IMG/VR virus record: IMGVR_UViG_3300022876_000002 | Reading direction: 5' to 3' (one strand) | DNA: 64,000 nt | Source: a virus | Lineage: Duplodnaviria; Caudoviricetes | Shown: piece after piece, positions 18,960 to 26,933 of the stretch | How positions within the stretch are numbered: the stretch's first letter is position 1 | Layout: the number at the start of each line of letters is the position of its first letter | Notes under the pieces: generated by a model | Database searches by the model: none | The model's input: the letters and a program-made list of their open reading frames with translations, nothing else | What the model was told of the DNA's origin: nothing | Made by a program: the position numbers and the translations under genes

Positions 18960-21054
18960 CGGACACCAGTCGTGTAGCTTTGCTGTTAAGGAAGTACAAT
19001 CCGAGCGACTCAAGGATTGCGTAAATGGATTTAAAGTTCTGCTGGATCAACAGACGCGAATCCACGATAGGTAGTAGCTCTTTCGGTATCCCACCCATCT
19101 CATCGATCATGTCCACTGGGATATAAACCGATGTCAACTTAGGACGGGTCTCGATGTAAGCATGGAAGTTCTCTCCCCACACTTTATCTTCTACCGAATC
19201 GAAATACTGTCGCATCTTAGACTTGTTGTGCAACGCCAAGTTGACTTTGTAAGCCCGGTATGGCAGTTCTGGTGCTTTGCCGTACTTGGGCGCAAACACA
19301 CTCTCCCACAGTTCATGGTAGTAGTAGATGCTCGACTCTGGGTTAGAGTAAGCGTTCTCAGCTTTGATACCGTTCTTGGTCAGCCAGGTGTAACCACCCT
19401 CGTCAATGTCTTGGAACAGTGCACGTTCAATGTCAGCAATCTCGCCCAACAGTTCAGCAGCATCCAACTGCTTCTTGTTGTAGATAGCATCGAGTACCTT
19501 ACGCATGAGCGTGTTGGTGAACTCACGTACCTTAAGTGCGATCTTAACCCCACGCAAGTGCACACCTTTGAGCTCTAACTTAGGTTTGGGGTGCAAGATA
19601 CCTTCCAGCATCAACTGCATTGCATAGTAGTGCTTGGACATGGAGGTCGTCACGTACGAACTGAACAAGTACTCGTTTTTCATGTTCAATCGGTACATGT
19701 ACCGATTAGACACGTTCATGTTCTTACTGAGACGCGCGTGCTGGTCTACTGCGATGCAACGGATGAAATACGTAAGTGCGGCGTTAAAGCAGATACCACC
19801 CTGCTCGTCTTCTACGTAGTCGTCGATAATCATGTCTACCGAGTAGATCATCGAGTCAGTGTCAGACGTCAGTACGTTCTCACGCACCAGCTCTTTCGCA
19901 CTGAACACACCACTTGGTGGAATGTCTGCACGGAAGAATGCGTTAATGAATGTACTCCACTTCTCTTCCAACGACAAGTGGTGGGTGTTGAGGAACGTCA
20001 TCTGCTTGCTGTCGGGCTTCTTACCCAACTTGGTAATACAGAGGATCTCGTAGTCCGAGTTAGCCGGCTTGACACCAGTAGACGGATCGTAGTCCTCTGG
20101 CATCTCTGGCAGAGCACACCAATCGTTGAAGAACCGTTGCATCAGTTCCCGGTTGGTAGTGTACAGACCACGCAAGTCCATGGTGCACAGCAGGATGGTC
20201 AGCTCCAGTGGGCTCAGACCTTCCAAGAACAACTGGATAGCACCCAAACGAGTTGGGTTCTTCCAGTAGTAACGAGCGCAACGACGAACCATGTCCATGA
20301 CTTGGTCGACTGTTGCATAATTCATTGAGTATTCGTTGATCACACGATGGATCAACTTACGGTCAGCAAACGCCAAGGTACTGAGGAACAGTTCCATTGT
20401 TGCGTCGAAGCTAACCAACAAACGGTTACCGGTAATCAGACGCTCGTTCAGCAAGTTAGCGGTCGAGGTTACAGTCCGGCAAGTACTGGTCAGAGTAGTG
20501 TGACCAGATTTGTTGTATAGCGGAGTACCAGAAGAAGACATACCACCCGACTGGGCGTTGTTGAAAATCTTCAGTGCGTTCTGGATCTCGTCGAATGCTT
20601 TTGCTGCTTCTTGGTCGTTAACGCCAAGTGCTTCTTTTTTCTTACCCTTGTACAGACGACGGAATTCAATGAAAGTGTCTGTACCAATGGCGTTTACCGA
20701 TTGTTCATCATCGGTGTGCTTGTACGCTACAAAGGACGGGCTGAGGATCCAGTTATTATGTTCTACTGTCTGGAAGAACTCACTTGCTGGCATGACCGTT
20801 GGAACACGATCACCATACTTATTCTTTTTGAATACACCGAACTTGACTTCCTTGAAGCCGTTCTCGTTCGGGATAAAGACTTTCTCACATAACTCGAGTA
20901 CTACGTTGTAATCGTACCCGTAAAGCACGCTAAGGTACATCGCAGCCTGAATGTGATACGACTTGATGATATCACGATTAGGCTTGTACTGCTCAGCCAT
21001 GAAGGGGTTCTTCACTTCCTTGGCTGGTTTTAGGTTAGTTACTTGAGCAGTCAT
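18949..21054 (-). CDS. family-B DNA polymerase, polymerase-domain subunit (phiKZ gp50-like)
   Basis: 701 aa. KIFNNAQSG (motif B-like), TSDTDS (motif C), KHYY, LKGV. Confidence 0.9.
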   Translation of the reverse strand: MTAQVTNLKPAKEVKNPFMAEQYKPNRDIIKSYHIQAAMYLSVLYGYDYNVVLELCEKVFIPNENGFKEVKFGVFKKNKYGDRVPTVMPASEFFQTVEHNNWILSPSFVAYKHTDDEQSVNAIGTDTFIEFRRLYKGKKKEALGVNDQEAAKAFDEIQNALKIFNNAQSGGMSSSGTPLYNKSGHTTLTSTCRTVTSTANLLNERLITGNRLLVSFDATMELFLSTLAFADRKLIHRVINEYSMNYATVDQVMDMVRRCARYYWKNPTRLGAIQLFLEGLSPLELTILLCTMDLRGLYTTNRELMQRFFNDWCALPEMPEDYDPSTGVKPANSDYEILCITKLGKKPDSKQMTFLNTHHLSLEEKWSTFINAFFRADIPPSGVFSAKELVRENVLTSDTDSMIYSVDMIIDDYVEDEQGGICFNAALTYFIRCIAVDQHARLSKNMNVSNRYMYRLNMKNEYLFSSYVTTSMSKHYYAMQLMLEGILHPKPKLELKGVHLRGVKIALKVREFTNTLMRKVLDAIYNKKQLDAAELLGEIADIERALFQDIDEGGYTWLTKNGIKAENAYSNPESSIYYYHELWESVFAPKYGKAPELPYRAYKVNLALHNKSKMRQYFDSVEDKVWGENFHAYIETRPKLTSVYIPVDMIDEMGGIPKELLPIVDSRLLIQQNFKSIYAILESLGLYFLNSKATRLVSDEH

Positions 21055-21151
21055 AAGCGACCTGTTTATGCAATCTAAAAATTAAAGACACAAAAAATAA
21101 AAAGGTGGCACCAAGTCCCCTAACTTAATAGGAGACTTGGTGTTAACTTAA

Positions 21152-21565
21152 CTACTCGTTGGTAAACTTGTTGCTGGTGTAGTTGGCGCCCAGACTGGCC
21201 ATGAAGGTCTTCAATGGTGCTTCCCAGGACTCTTGCCAGTTGGTGATGTTTACCACGTTGCGCATGGACTGCACGAACTGGAAGGTAGCATCCTTGATCC
21301 AAGGAATACCAATCACCTCAGGACGACCATCGGCATTGGCCACTACGATGTAACCGTAAGCGGTTGGGTCGTCGATGTTGTTGACTTTGTTCTGGAAATA
21401 AGGGTAAAGCATGCGGTGCTTCACATTCAATTCCGGATCCAGTGAGCGAGCGACGTTGTAGGTTAACTCACCGTCTACCCGCACACCTTGTTTGCCATCA
21501 CCGATTAAACCGTTGCGCTCGAACTGGAAACTTACTACGTCTCCCTTTTTGGGATTGATTGCCAT
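21152..21565 (-). CDS. conserved hypothetical protein
   Basis: 137 aa with GGAG RBS, codon-biased, followed by a hairpin at 21109-21142. Confidence 0.7.
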   Translation of the reverse strand: MAINPKKGDVVSFQFERNGLIGDGKQGVRVDGELTYNVARSLDPELNVKHRMLYPYFQNKVNNIDDPTAYGYIVVANADGRPEVIGIPWIKDATFQFVQSMRNVVNITNWQESWEAPLKTFMASLGANYTSNKFTNE

Positions 21566-21885
21566 GGTGTCCTCCGTTGGACCACAATTAACACTAGTGG
21601 TATCATCAAAGGATGGCCATCGAAGGTTACAACCCGTCCGGGGGTAGACGTGACTACGTAATCAACTACGCTTTCGTCTTCCAGGTCCTCAATCATAATG
21701 TCAATCAAGCACTGGTCTGCCGCAGTGTCTGGGTCGTCGCAGGTCATCATTAATTCGACTTCCCGCGCCAGGTAGCTTTGCAGATTATCAAACTCGAAGA
21801 ACGTTTGATCGTCCGCTACTTCTGGTAATGACGCCAGGTAATTGAGCAGCGCATCGTAATCAATGTCTAGGATACGCTTGTACAT
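21535..21885 (-). CDS. hypothetical acidic protein
   Basis: 116 aa in the small-gene cluster between PhuZ and the DNA polymerase. Confidence 0.6.
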   Translation of the reverse strand: MYKRILDIDYDALLNYLASLPEVADDQTFFEFDNLQSYLAREVELMMTCDDPDTAADQCLIDIMIEDLEDESVVDYVVTSTPGRVVTFDGHPLMIPLVLIVVQRRTPWQSIPKRET

Positions 21886-21890
21886 GAGAA

Positions 21891-22214
21891 CTATTCCAAG
21901 TAGTAGAAAGTAAACACCACCGTCTTGCCGTTAACGGTGAAGTTCTCCAAGTATACGCTGGTATGATCCGTTACTGCTGCCTGGATAGACTCCATGGTGC
22001 GGAAGAAGTCTGTTTGCAGGATTTGTTGGCACTCAGGGATCGGGTGGCTAAAGCCCTGGGTATTAGTCGGGATCATGTTCATCAGGGTAATGTCTACACC
22101 CTGGATCGAGAACAGGTTCTTGTACGCACCGAGCATTTCGTGGACATCGGTGTTAGGTGGCAGTTGCACCACGTAGGTAAAGACCTGCTTTTGTTTTGCT
22201 TGCTCAGTCATCAA
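21891..22214 (-). CDS. hypothetical protein
   Basis: 107 aa with GGAG RBS, operonic. Confidence 0.6.
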   Translation of the reverse strand: MMTEQAKQKQVFTYVVQLPPNTDVHEMLGAYKNLFSIQGVDITLMNMIPTNTQGFSHPIPECQQILQTDFFRTMESIQAAVTDHTSVYLENFTVNGKTVVFTFYYLE

Positions 22215-22536
22215 AAAGCTCCAGATAAATTACGTGATCTTTAATGCTGAAAGACGAAAGGGTTGCGTCTTTAATAGCACTATGTACCAGAATACCAATT
22301 TGTACCAAGTGCGGGATTACTTCCAACAGTAGGAGCTGGAACACCGCTGGATCTAGTTTCAGCAACTCGATGGTATCTTTGGTCAGGTCTTCCTGTATAT
22401 CTGGCTCGTTCGCCAACCAGATCTGCACCAGGAAGTTTAACAGGGTGTCGATCTCGGCGACACCCAAACCATGGTTGGTGAAAATGTCTTTTACCATCCC
22501 CAGAGGAACGGTTACTACTTTAGTCTTGGGTTCCAA
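22204..22536 (-). CDS. hypothetical protein
   Basis: 110 aa with GGAG RBS and short overlaps with neighbours. Confidence 0.6.
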   Translation of the reverse strand: MEPKTKVVTVPLGMVKDIFTNHGLGVAEIDTLLNFLVQIWLANEPDIQEDLTKDTIELLKLDPAVFQLLLLEVIPHLVQIGILVHSAIKDATLSSFSIKDHVIYLELFDD

Positions 22537-22987
22537 AGCAAAACTCCTCCAATGGTGATAGCTCGGATGGTATTAAAAAATCTCGTTCATCTATTGCTAC
22601 CAAGATGTTCATATTGGGCATTAGCTTATAGCCGCACTTATAATCCAGCACAGACTTAGGTGTTAGATCAATTACCTGTCGATAGATGTGTGCGGCACCA
22701 TCCTGGATGATATCTTTAATGTCATCCTCTAACAGGTTCTTGCGACAGATAATCTGGTCGTAGTGCTGTTCGTCAAACCGCACCCCACCAGGGTAACCTT
22801 CAAATGCAGCTTCAATGCTTGCTTCCCACAAACCTTTGGCTAGATCAGGCCAGCGTTTAGGTGGTAGGTTACCCACGATAATTCTGGATGTTTCTTCGCT
22901 GATCTTTTCGTACAAACTCTGCGCGTCGATTTGATGAAAGCGGAGGGATTGACTGAGCCCTAGCACCATCAGATTTATTGAACTCAT
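22520..22987 (-). CDS. hypothetical protein (start uncertain)
   Basis: 155 aa as tracked, overlapping the upstream gene by 119 nt. An alternative GTG lies at 22876. Confidence 0.55.
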   Translation of the reverse strand: MSSINLMVLGLSQSLRFHQIDAQSLYEKISEETSRIIVGNLPPKRWPDLAKGLWEASIEAAFEGYPGGVRFDEQHYDQIICRKNLLEDDIKDIIQDGAAHIYRQVIDLTPKSVLDYKCGYKLMPNMNILVAIDERDFLIPSELSPLEEFCFGTQD

Positions 22988-23426
22988 TGATATCGTCCAT
23001 ACTTGGTGTGTCAGTTACCACATCCATGATATCCTCTTCTTCCCGCACTGGAGGAGTGATGTTCCACCCTAGTCGCTCTGCGGTAGCTTCCAGATCCATC
23101 ACGATAACGGCTGTAGTATATACCACGCCGATTACCGAGTAATCCACTTTAACTACCAATCGTGGATCCCAGCCATTATCACGAATCATGCGCTGGATCA
23201 TTGCTACATACGACGAGAACACTTTATCTGGTACGGACATACCATAAGTGTCAGCAAAGTCTTCGATATCTTCGGCGATTTTGTTTTTACGCTTACCGCT
23301 AGATTCGTTAATGTATTCCACTGCAGCCGTTACTAACGCTCTGGCAATCTCCAGTCTGACCATCAAGGTAGTGTCGGCTTCCAAGATGAAGTCATTGGCT
23401 AATGCCATTATGTCGATCTTAACCAC
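22869..23426 (-). CDS. hypothetical protein
   Basis: 185 aa with GAGG RBS. Confidence 0.6.
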   Translation of the reverse strand: MVKIDIMALANDFILEADTTLMVRLEIARALVTAAVEYINESSGKRKNKIAEDIEDFADTYGMSVPDKVFSSYVAMIQRMIRDNGWDPRLVVKVDYSVIGVVYTTAVIVMDLEATAERLGWNITPPVREEEDIMDVVTDTPSMDDINEFNKSDGARAQSIPPLSSNRRAEFVRKDQRRNIQNYRG

Positions 23427-23438
23427 AGGGTACCTCGG

Positions 23439-23735
23439 TTAATATTCCAGTGTTATTAATAGAAAAGCGTTGGCTTTACCATAGGCGCTAATATTGACGT
23501 AAGCATCACGAGGTACACCCGCTATCTTTTCCAATATCCCTTCCCGTAGCCCCTCGAAGTCATGCCCATGCATGCGATGGTAAATACGTTGCTCGTTAAA
23601 TTCAGTAAACCCTTCATCCATCAAAACGGAAATAACGTCTGTAACGTCTATTTTGCGTTCTAAGAGCTTTTTGCCGTCGCCGATAGGACGGCCAAGGGTA
23701 AACCGTTCAAGGTTAATAGAGAAGCTTCTAGACAC
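23439..23735 (-). CDS. hypothetical protein
   Basis: 98 aa, alternative start codon, GAGGGG RBS. Confidence 0.55.
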   Translation of the reverse strand: MSRSFSINLERFTLGRPIGDGKKLLERKIDVTDVISVLMDEGFTEFNEQRIYHRMHGHDFEGLREGILEKIAGVPRDAYVNISAYGKANAFLLITLEY

Positions 23736-23803
23736 CTTTACGACCCCTCTCGTTAAACATAGTATCGCATATATATGGTCAACCAGTTAAAAACAACTAT
23801 AAC

Positions 23804-23837
23804 CCTAAGGGTAGGAGCATTAGCTCCTACCCTTAGG
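23804..23837. terminator. terminator hairpin downstream of PhuZ
   Basis: 15-bp perfect stem CCTAAGGGTAGGAGC/GCTCCTACCCTTAGG. Confidence 0.7.
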
Positions 23838-23849
23838 TTACATCATAGC

Positions 23850-24845
23850 TTACAGCAAGACGCCGTTGGAATCAGCACCGACGGACATGTCTTTCTGTTG
23901 TACGTAGACGCCCTGGTTGGTGGACTTGACCTTGGTCAGTTTTTCCAGTTGTTGCTCCAGGTCGGCTACGGATTCACCGTGGTCCAGCAACATGTGCAGC
24001 TGGGTGGTGTCGGCTGGGGTTTGGATGCCCTTGCCGAAGATGCCGGTGGAACGGATCACAGTGCCGGAGAAAGCAGCAGTGATGTTCTCGGACTTGTCGA
24101 ACAGGCTGACGGTAGCTACCGGGATTGGGCCCTTGTAGTTTTCTGGGTTGTCGTAGAAGCTGATGCGCGACAGTGCTGGTGGGACACCGTAGTGCTTGGA
24201 GTAGTCCAGCACGTTGAGCAGGTCTTGGAAGTCTTGCTCTTCGTTGTCACCGTTGGCGAACAGCGAGAACAGCGAGATCTTCTGAACGACGTCGCGGTCG
24301 ACTTGGCCACGGGTCTTGCCTGGCTCGTTGCGGAACTCCATGTAGTTGATCGGAGCGTTGAGCTGGTTCGGTTGGGTTTGGATCGCCATCGACTGCAGAG
24401 TCTTGATGGAGTTTTCCATTTCGACCTGGGAGGTGTGGTCGGTGATGATCGCCAGTACTGCCGAGTGGCCGTTCTGTTTCAGCCAGCGGATCACCAGGGT
24501 AGCCAGCAGGGCACCAGAACCACCAGCGCCGGAGCAGGCAACGATGTTGAACACGCCTGGGGTGTACTTGTTCATGGTGCGGTCAACGAACGGTACAGCC
24601 TCAGCGTAGTTGGTAGCCTTGACCTTACCGGAACCGTTGGCGAGCTTCTTCGGATCACCGCTCAGTGGGACGCGTTCCAGCGGGATGCCCAGTTCTTCTG
24701 GCAGGCGGTTGTTACCGGAGGCGTCGAGTGCCAGGTAAGTTGCCTTGGCCACCTTGTCCGAGTAGGTGCTGGCTTTCAACAGCTTAGCGATGTTGATACC
24801 GGCGCCGCCGCAGACGATGATGTTCAGCTCTGGTTTAGTCGACAT
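23850..24845 (-). CDS. phuZ: phage tubulin PhuZ
   Basis: 331 aa. Tubulin/FtsZ motifs CGGAGINI and GAGGSG, short C-terminal tail, high-expression codon bias. Confidence 0.93.
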   Translation of the reverse strand: MSTKPELNIIVCGGAGINIAKLLKASTYSDKVAKATYLALDASGNNRLPEELGIPLERVPLSGDPKKLANGSGKVKATNYAEAVPFVDRTMNKYTPGVFNIVACSGAGGSGALLATLVIRWLKQNGHSAVLAIITDHTSQVEMENSIKTLQSMAIQTQPNQLNAPINYMEFRNEPGKTRGQVDRDVVQKISLFSLFANGDNEEQDFQDLLNVLDYSKHYGVPPALSRISFYDNPENYKGPIPVATVSLFDKSENITAAFSGTVIRSTGIFGKGIQTPADTTQLHMLLDHGESVADLEQQLEKLTKVKSTNQGVYVQQKDMSVGADSNGVLL

Positions 24846-24920
24846 AAATTACTCTCTTTACCAAGTGGAAGTGTATTGCGAAATCATTTATGTAAAAGAT
24901 CTGTAGATCCATACACGTAG

Positions 24921-24941
24921 GTAATATAGGCTTGTAAATTT
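24921..24941 (-). promoter_or_regulatory. early-type promoter of phuZ
   Basis: Minus strand AAATTTACAAGCCTATATTAC. Confidence 0.65.
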
Positions 24942-25144
24942 ATTACCCTACATAAAAAGGTTATCCAGTATAAATGCAAAAAAGAAAAGCATTACCTACC
25001 AGTACCTAAACCACATGGGCAAGGACTGGTAGGCTAAGCTTAACTACACTGGGATGCTATCAACTAACTAGGTCGAACCCTACAACGACCAGGTATGTGA
25101 TTGAGCAATACAATATAAAGTGCAGTTACAAAAAAATAAAGTAT

Positions 25145-25452
25145 AACCCCACCCAATACCCCTAGACCAGGCGACAGTGTCGGCTAGGATCAGGGCATTG
25201 AGCAGGGGGAGGTTTTCTTTGGTTGCCTCAACAGCACAACCCAACCAGCGAATAACTAGGCAGACGATTACTGGTTGTTGCCTTAGGACCTCCTAACCTT
25301 TGGCAGGGGCAGGGGCTACAGCATGGGTCGAAGATACAAAGGAAGAGTGACGTACCAATTGAGAGGCACACCGGCCAGCAAACCTGACAACGGGTACATC
25401 ACTCTGACTAGGCAAGCGAGGGCAAGCTTAGTCTACACGGCCGCTAGGTCCA
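25145..25452 (-). ncRNA. candidate structured ncRNA (3' block of the RNA locus)
   Basis: No credible ORF. Several stems, including AGAGUGAUGUACC/GGUACGUCACUCU whose U-G pair works only on the minus strand. Followed by a T-tract at about 25130-25140. Confidence 0.45.
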
Positions 25453-25456
25453 TGTT

Positions 25457-25532
25457 TGGCTCCACGTCCTGGATTCGAACCAGGGACCAACAGATTAACA
25501 GTCTGCTGCTCTACCGACTGAGCTAACGTGGA
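25457..25532 (-). tRNA. tRNA-Asn(GTT)
   Basis: Canonical 76-nt cloverleaf TCCACGT...CT GTT AA...TTCGAAT...ACGTGGA G CCA. Confidence 0.96.
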
Positions 25533-25540
25533 AGAAATAT

Positions 25541-26111
25541 TGACGGTCCATTCGGGCTTTTACCGCACTTACTCATGAGCTTGCGGCTCAAGGGGGTCCG
25601 ACCGTCCGGGCGCCGAGTGCTTTCTTTACCTACCAGGGTTCCTTGATCAATGGTCCTTTGTAGGTTAATATGTTGTTCGACCTGGTAAGGGGGAAGGGAG
25701 GCTCGTTTTATCCCCCGACTTGGACCCATGCACCGTATGGACTACTGGGCGGCTCCTTTTAGTGTAGCCCGGCTGTACCCTACCGTCTTTCCACCAGATC
25801 AAACAAACTCTTAAATAAAGTATCCGTTCGCCACACCCGCGTTATTCGCATTCCGCAAGCGCGTCATGTACTTACATTCCCGTTGCCACGGATCACAGCA
25901 AAGCACGCAGAGCGCGCTAGCACGGGAAAGAGTCCCCCTAGGACTTCTTGTGTGGGCGGCTTGCGCAATGCAAAGCCGCCCTGCGAGCCAACCTGACCGT
26001 CGGCTAAATGCCAGCAACAAGGTACCGTGACGAACCTTGTTGCCGGACTAGGTGTGTGTTCCTCAGCGCCCTTCGCCGCCCACAGCGCACCACCTTTGCT
26101 GAGGGACACAC
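25541..26111 (-). ncRNA. candidate large structured ncRNA (middle block)
   Basis: About 570 nt with no credible ORF and dense GC-rich helices with GNRA-type loops, located between two tRNA elements. Confidence 0.5.
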
Positions 26112-26114
26112 ATT

Positions 26115-26254
26115 TGGTAGAGAGTACACGATTCGAACGTGTGGGCCCATAAGTGTCGTTGGCCGACACCCTGAGCACATCCGGTTTCATGTAAGGCCGC
26201 CCTAGGGTACGCCCACAATCCTCCAGACTCCTTAAACCACTCGGACAACTCTCT
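26115..26254 (-). ncRNA. tRNA-like RNA with 38-nt anticodon region and 37-nt variable arm (class II, Ser(UGA)-like)
   Basis: Perfect acceptor AGAGAGT/ACTCTCT, A73 and encoded CCA, D arm TCC-GAGTGGTTTAA-GGA, T arm ACACG-TTCGAAT-CGTGT; 140 nt in total. Confidence 0.8.
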
Positions 26255-26434
26255 GTTAACTTTGTATAACATAGGAAATCGGGACGGATCCCAGGGTAGA
26301 GCCCTGGTCTTACGCCGTAAGCATACGACGCATTATGGATCGCCCTCCGTCTTGAGGCTTTTCTTCCCTAAGTCTAGCCAACCCTGACGGCCGTTAGGCT
26401 AGAGAGTTAACCGCAACCCGGGTTTATCCAAATA

Positions 26435-26520
26435 TGGTGCGAGAGACGGGCATCGAACCCGTATGGCCAGAAGCCGACAGATTTTAAGTCTGTTGTGTAT
26501 ACCAATTCCACCACACTCGC
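26435..26520 (-). tRNA. tRNA-Leu(TAA)
   Basis: 86-nt class II cloverleaf with anticodon arm ACAGA-CT TAA AA-TCTGT, variable arm, TTCGATG T-loop, A73 and CCA. One T-T mismatch in the acceptor stem. Confidence 0.92.
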
Positions 26521-26559
26521 AAAACACACCGTTACATATCATAACCATGTGTAGTAAAA

Positions 26560-26900
26560 AGATAAGAGGAACTGCTCCAGATTGCGACATCCTTCACAAT
26601 CCCTCTGTCACCTAGACCTCGGTAATAGTGTTAACCCTTTTACCGCCGTAAAGGCCCGCCTCATCAAACTCTCTGCTCACAACCATGCTGCCGGCCAGAT
26701 CGAAATCACAGGGCGGTCAGCACAGAAGAAGCCCAGTAGGAAAGTTTGGGTGACTTAGTGGGTTTGACGTTCCACTCATAGGTTCTGCTTAGAAAAGCTT
26801 GTCATCGCGATTCATCGCATCATACAACCACCGGCTCCACCTTAAGGTTCCGGCTGATCTCCTCAATGGGAGAATTCGGTTTAGGCGTTAACAATCACAC
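26560..26900 (-). ncRNA. candidate structured ncRNA (5' block of the RNA locus)
   Basis: No credible ORF. Multiple hairpins (TCTCC-CATTGA-GGAGA, AGTGG...CCACT, TGCTG...CAGCA enclosing GAT-TTCG-ATC) and a possible closing pair TGTTAAC/GTTAACA. Confidence 0.4.
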
Positions 26901-26933
26901 CTGTTGTATATAATGGATTATTGCAGTAACAAA

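Noticed and set aside
25060-25100. Additional tRNA around GGGTTCGACC
   Set aside because: Only a T-loop-like hexamer; no acceptor, D or anticodon arms.
25541-26001. RNase P RNA (AAGAAGUCC and GUGCGGUAA resemble rnpB segments)
   Set aside because: AAGAAGUCC sits in a local hairpin, no CR-V partner for P4 was found, and the segments are in the wrong order.
25541-26254. tmRNA or group I intron
   Set aside because: No tmRNA-type alanyl acceptor (G3-U70) or split tRNA ends flank the block. UAGUCC is present but has no upstream GACUA partner for P7, and there is no interrupted host gene.
25323-26590. Short ORFs in the RNA locus (25323+, 25523-, 25811-, 25864-, 26008+, 26063-, 26399-)
   Set aside because: Most overlap tRNA or tRNA-like elements; none has a convincing RBS or phage codon bias.
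24960-26930. CRISPR array
   Set aside because: No regularly spaced direct repeats of 23-50 nt and no cas genes in the window.
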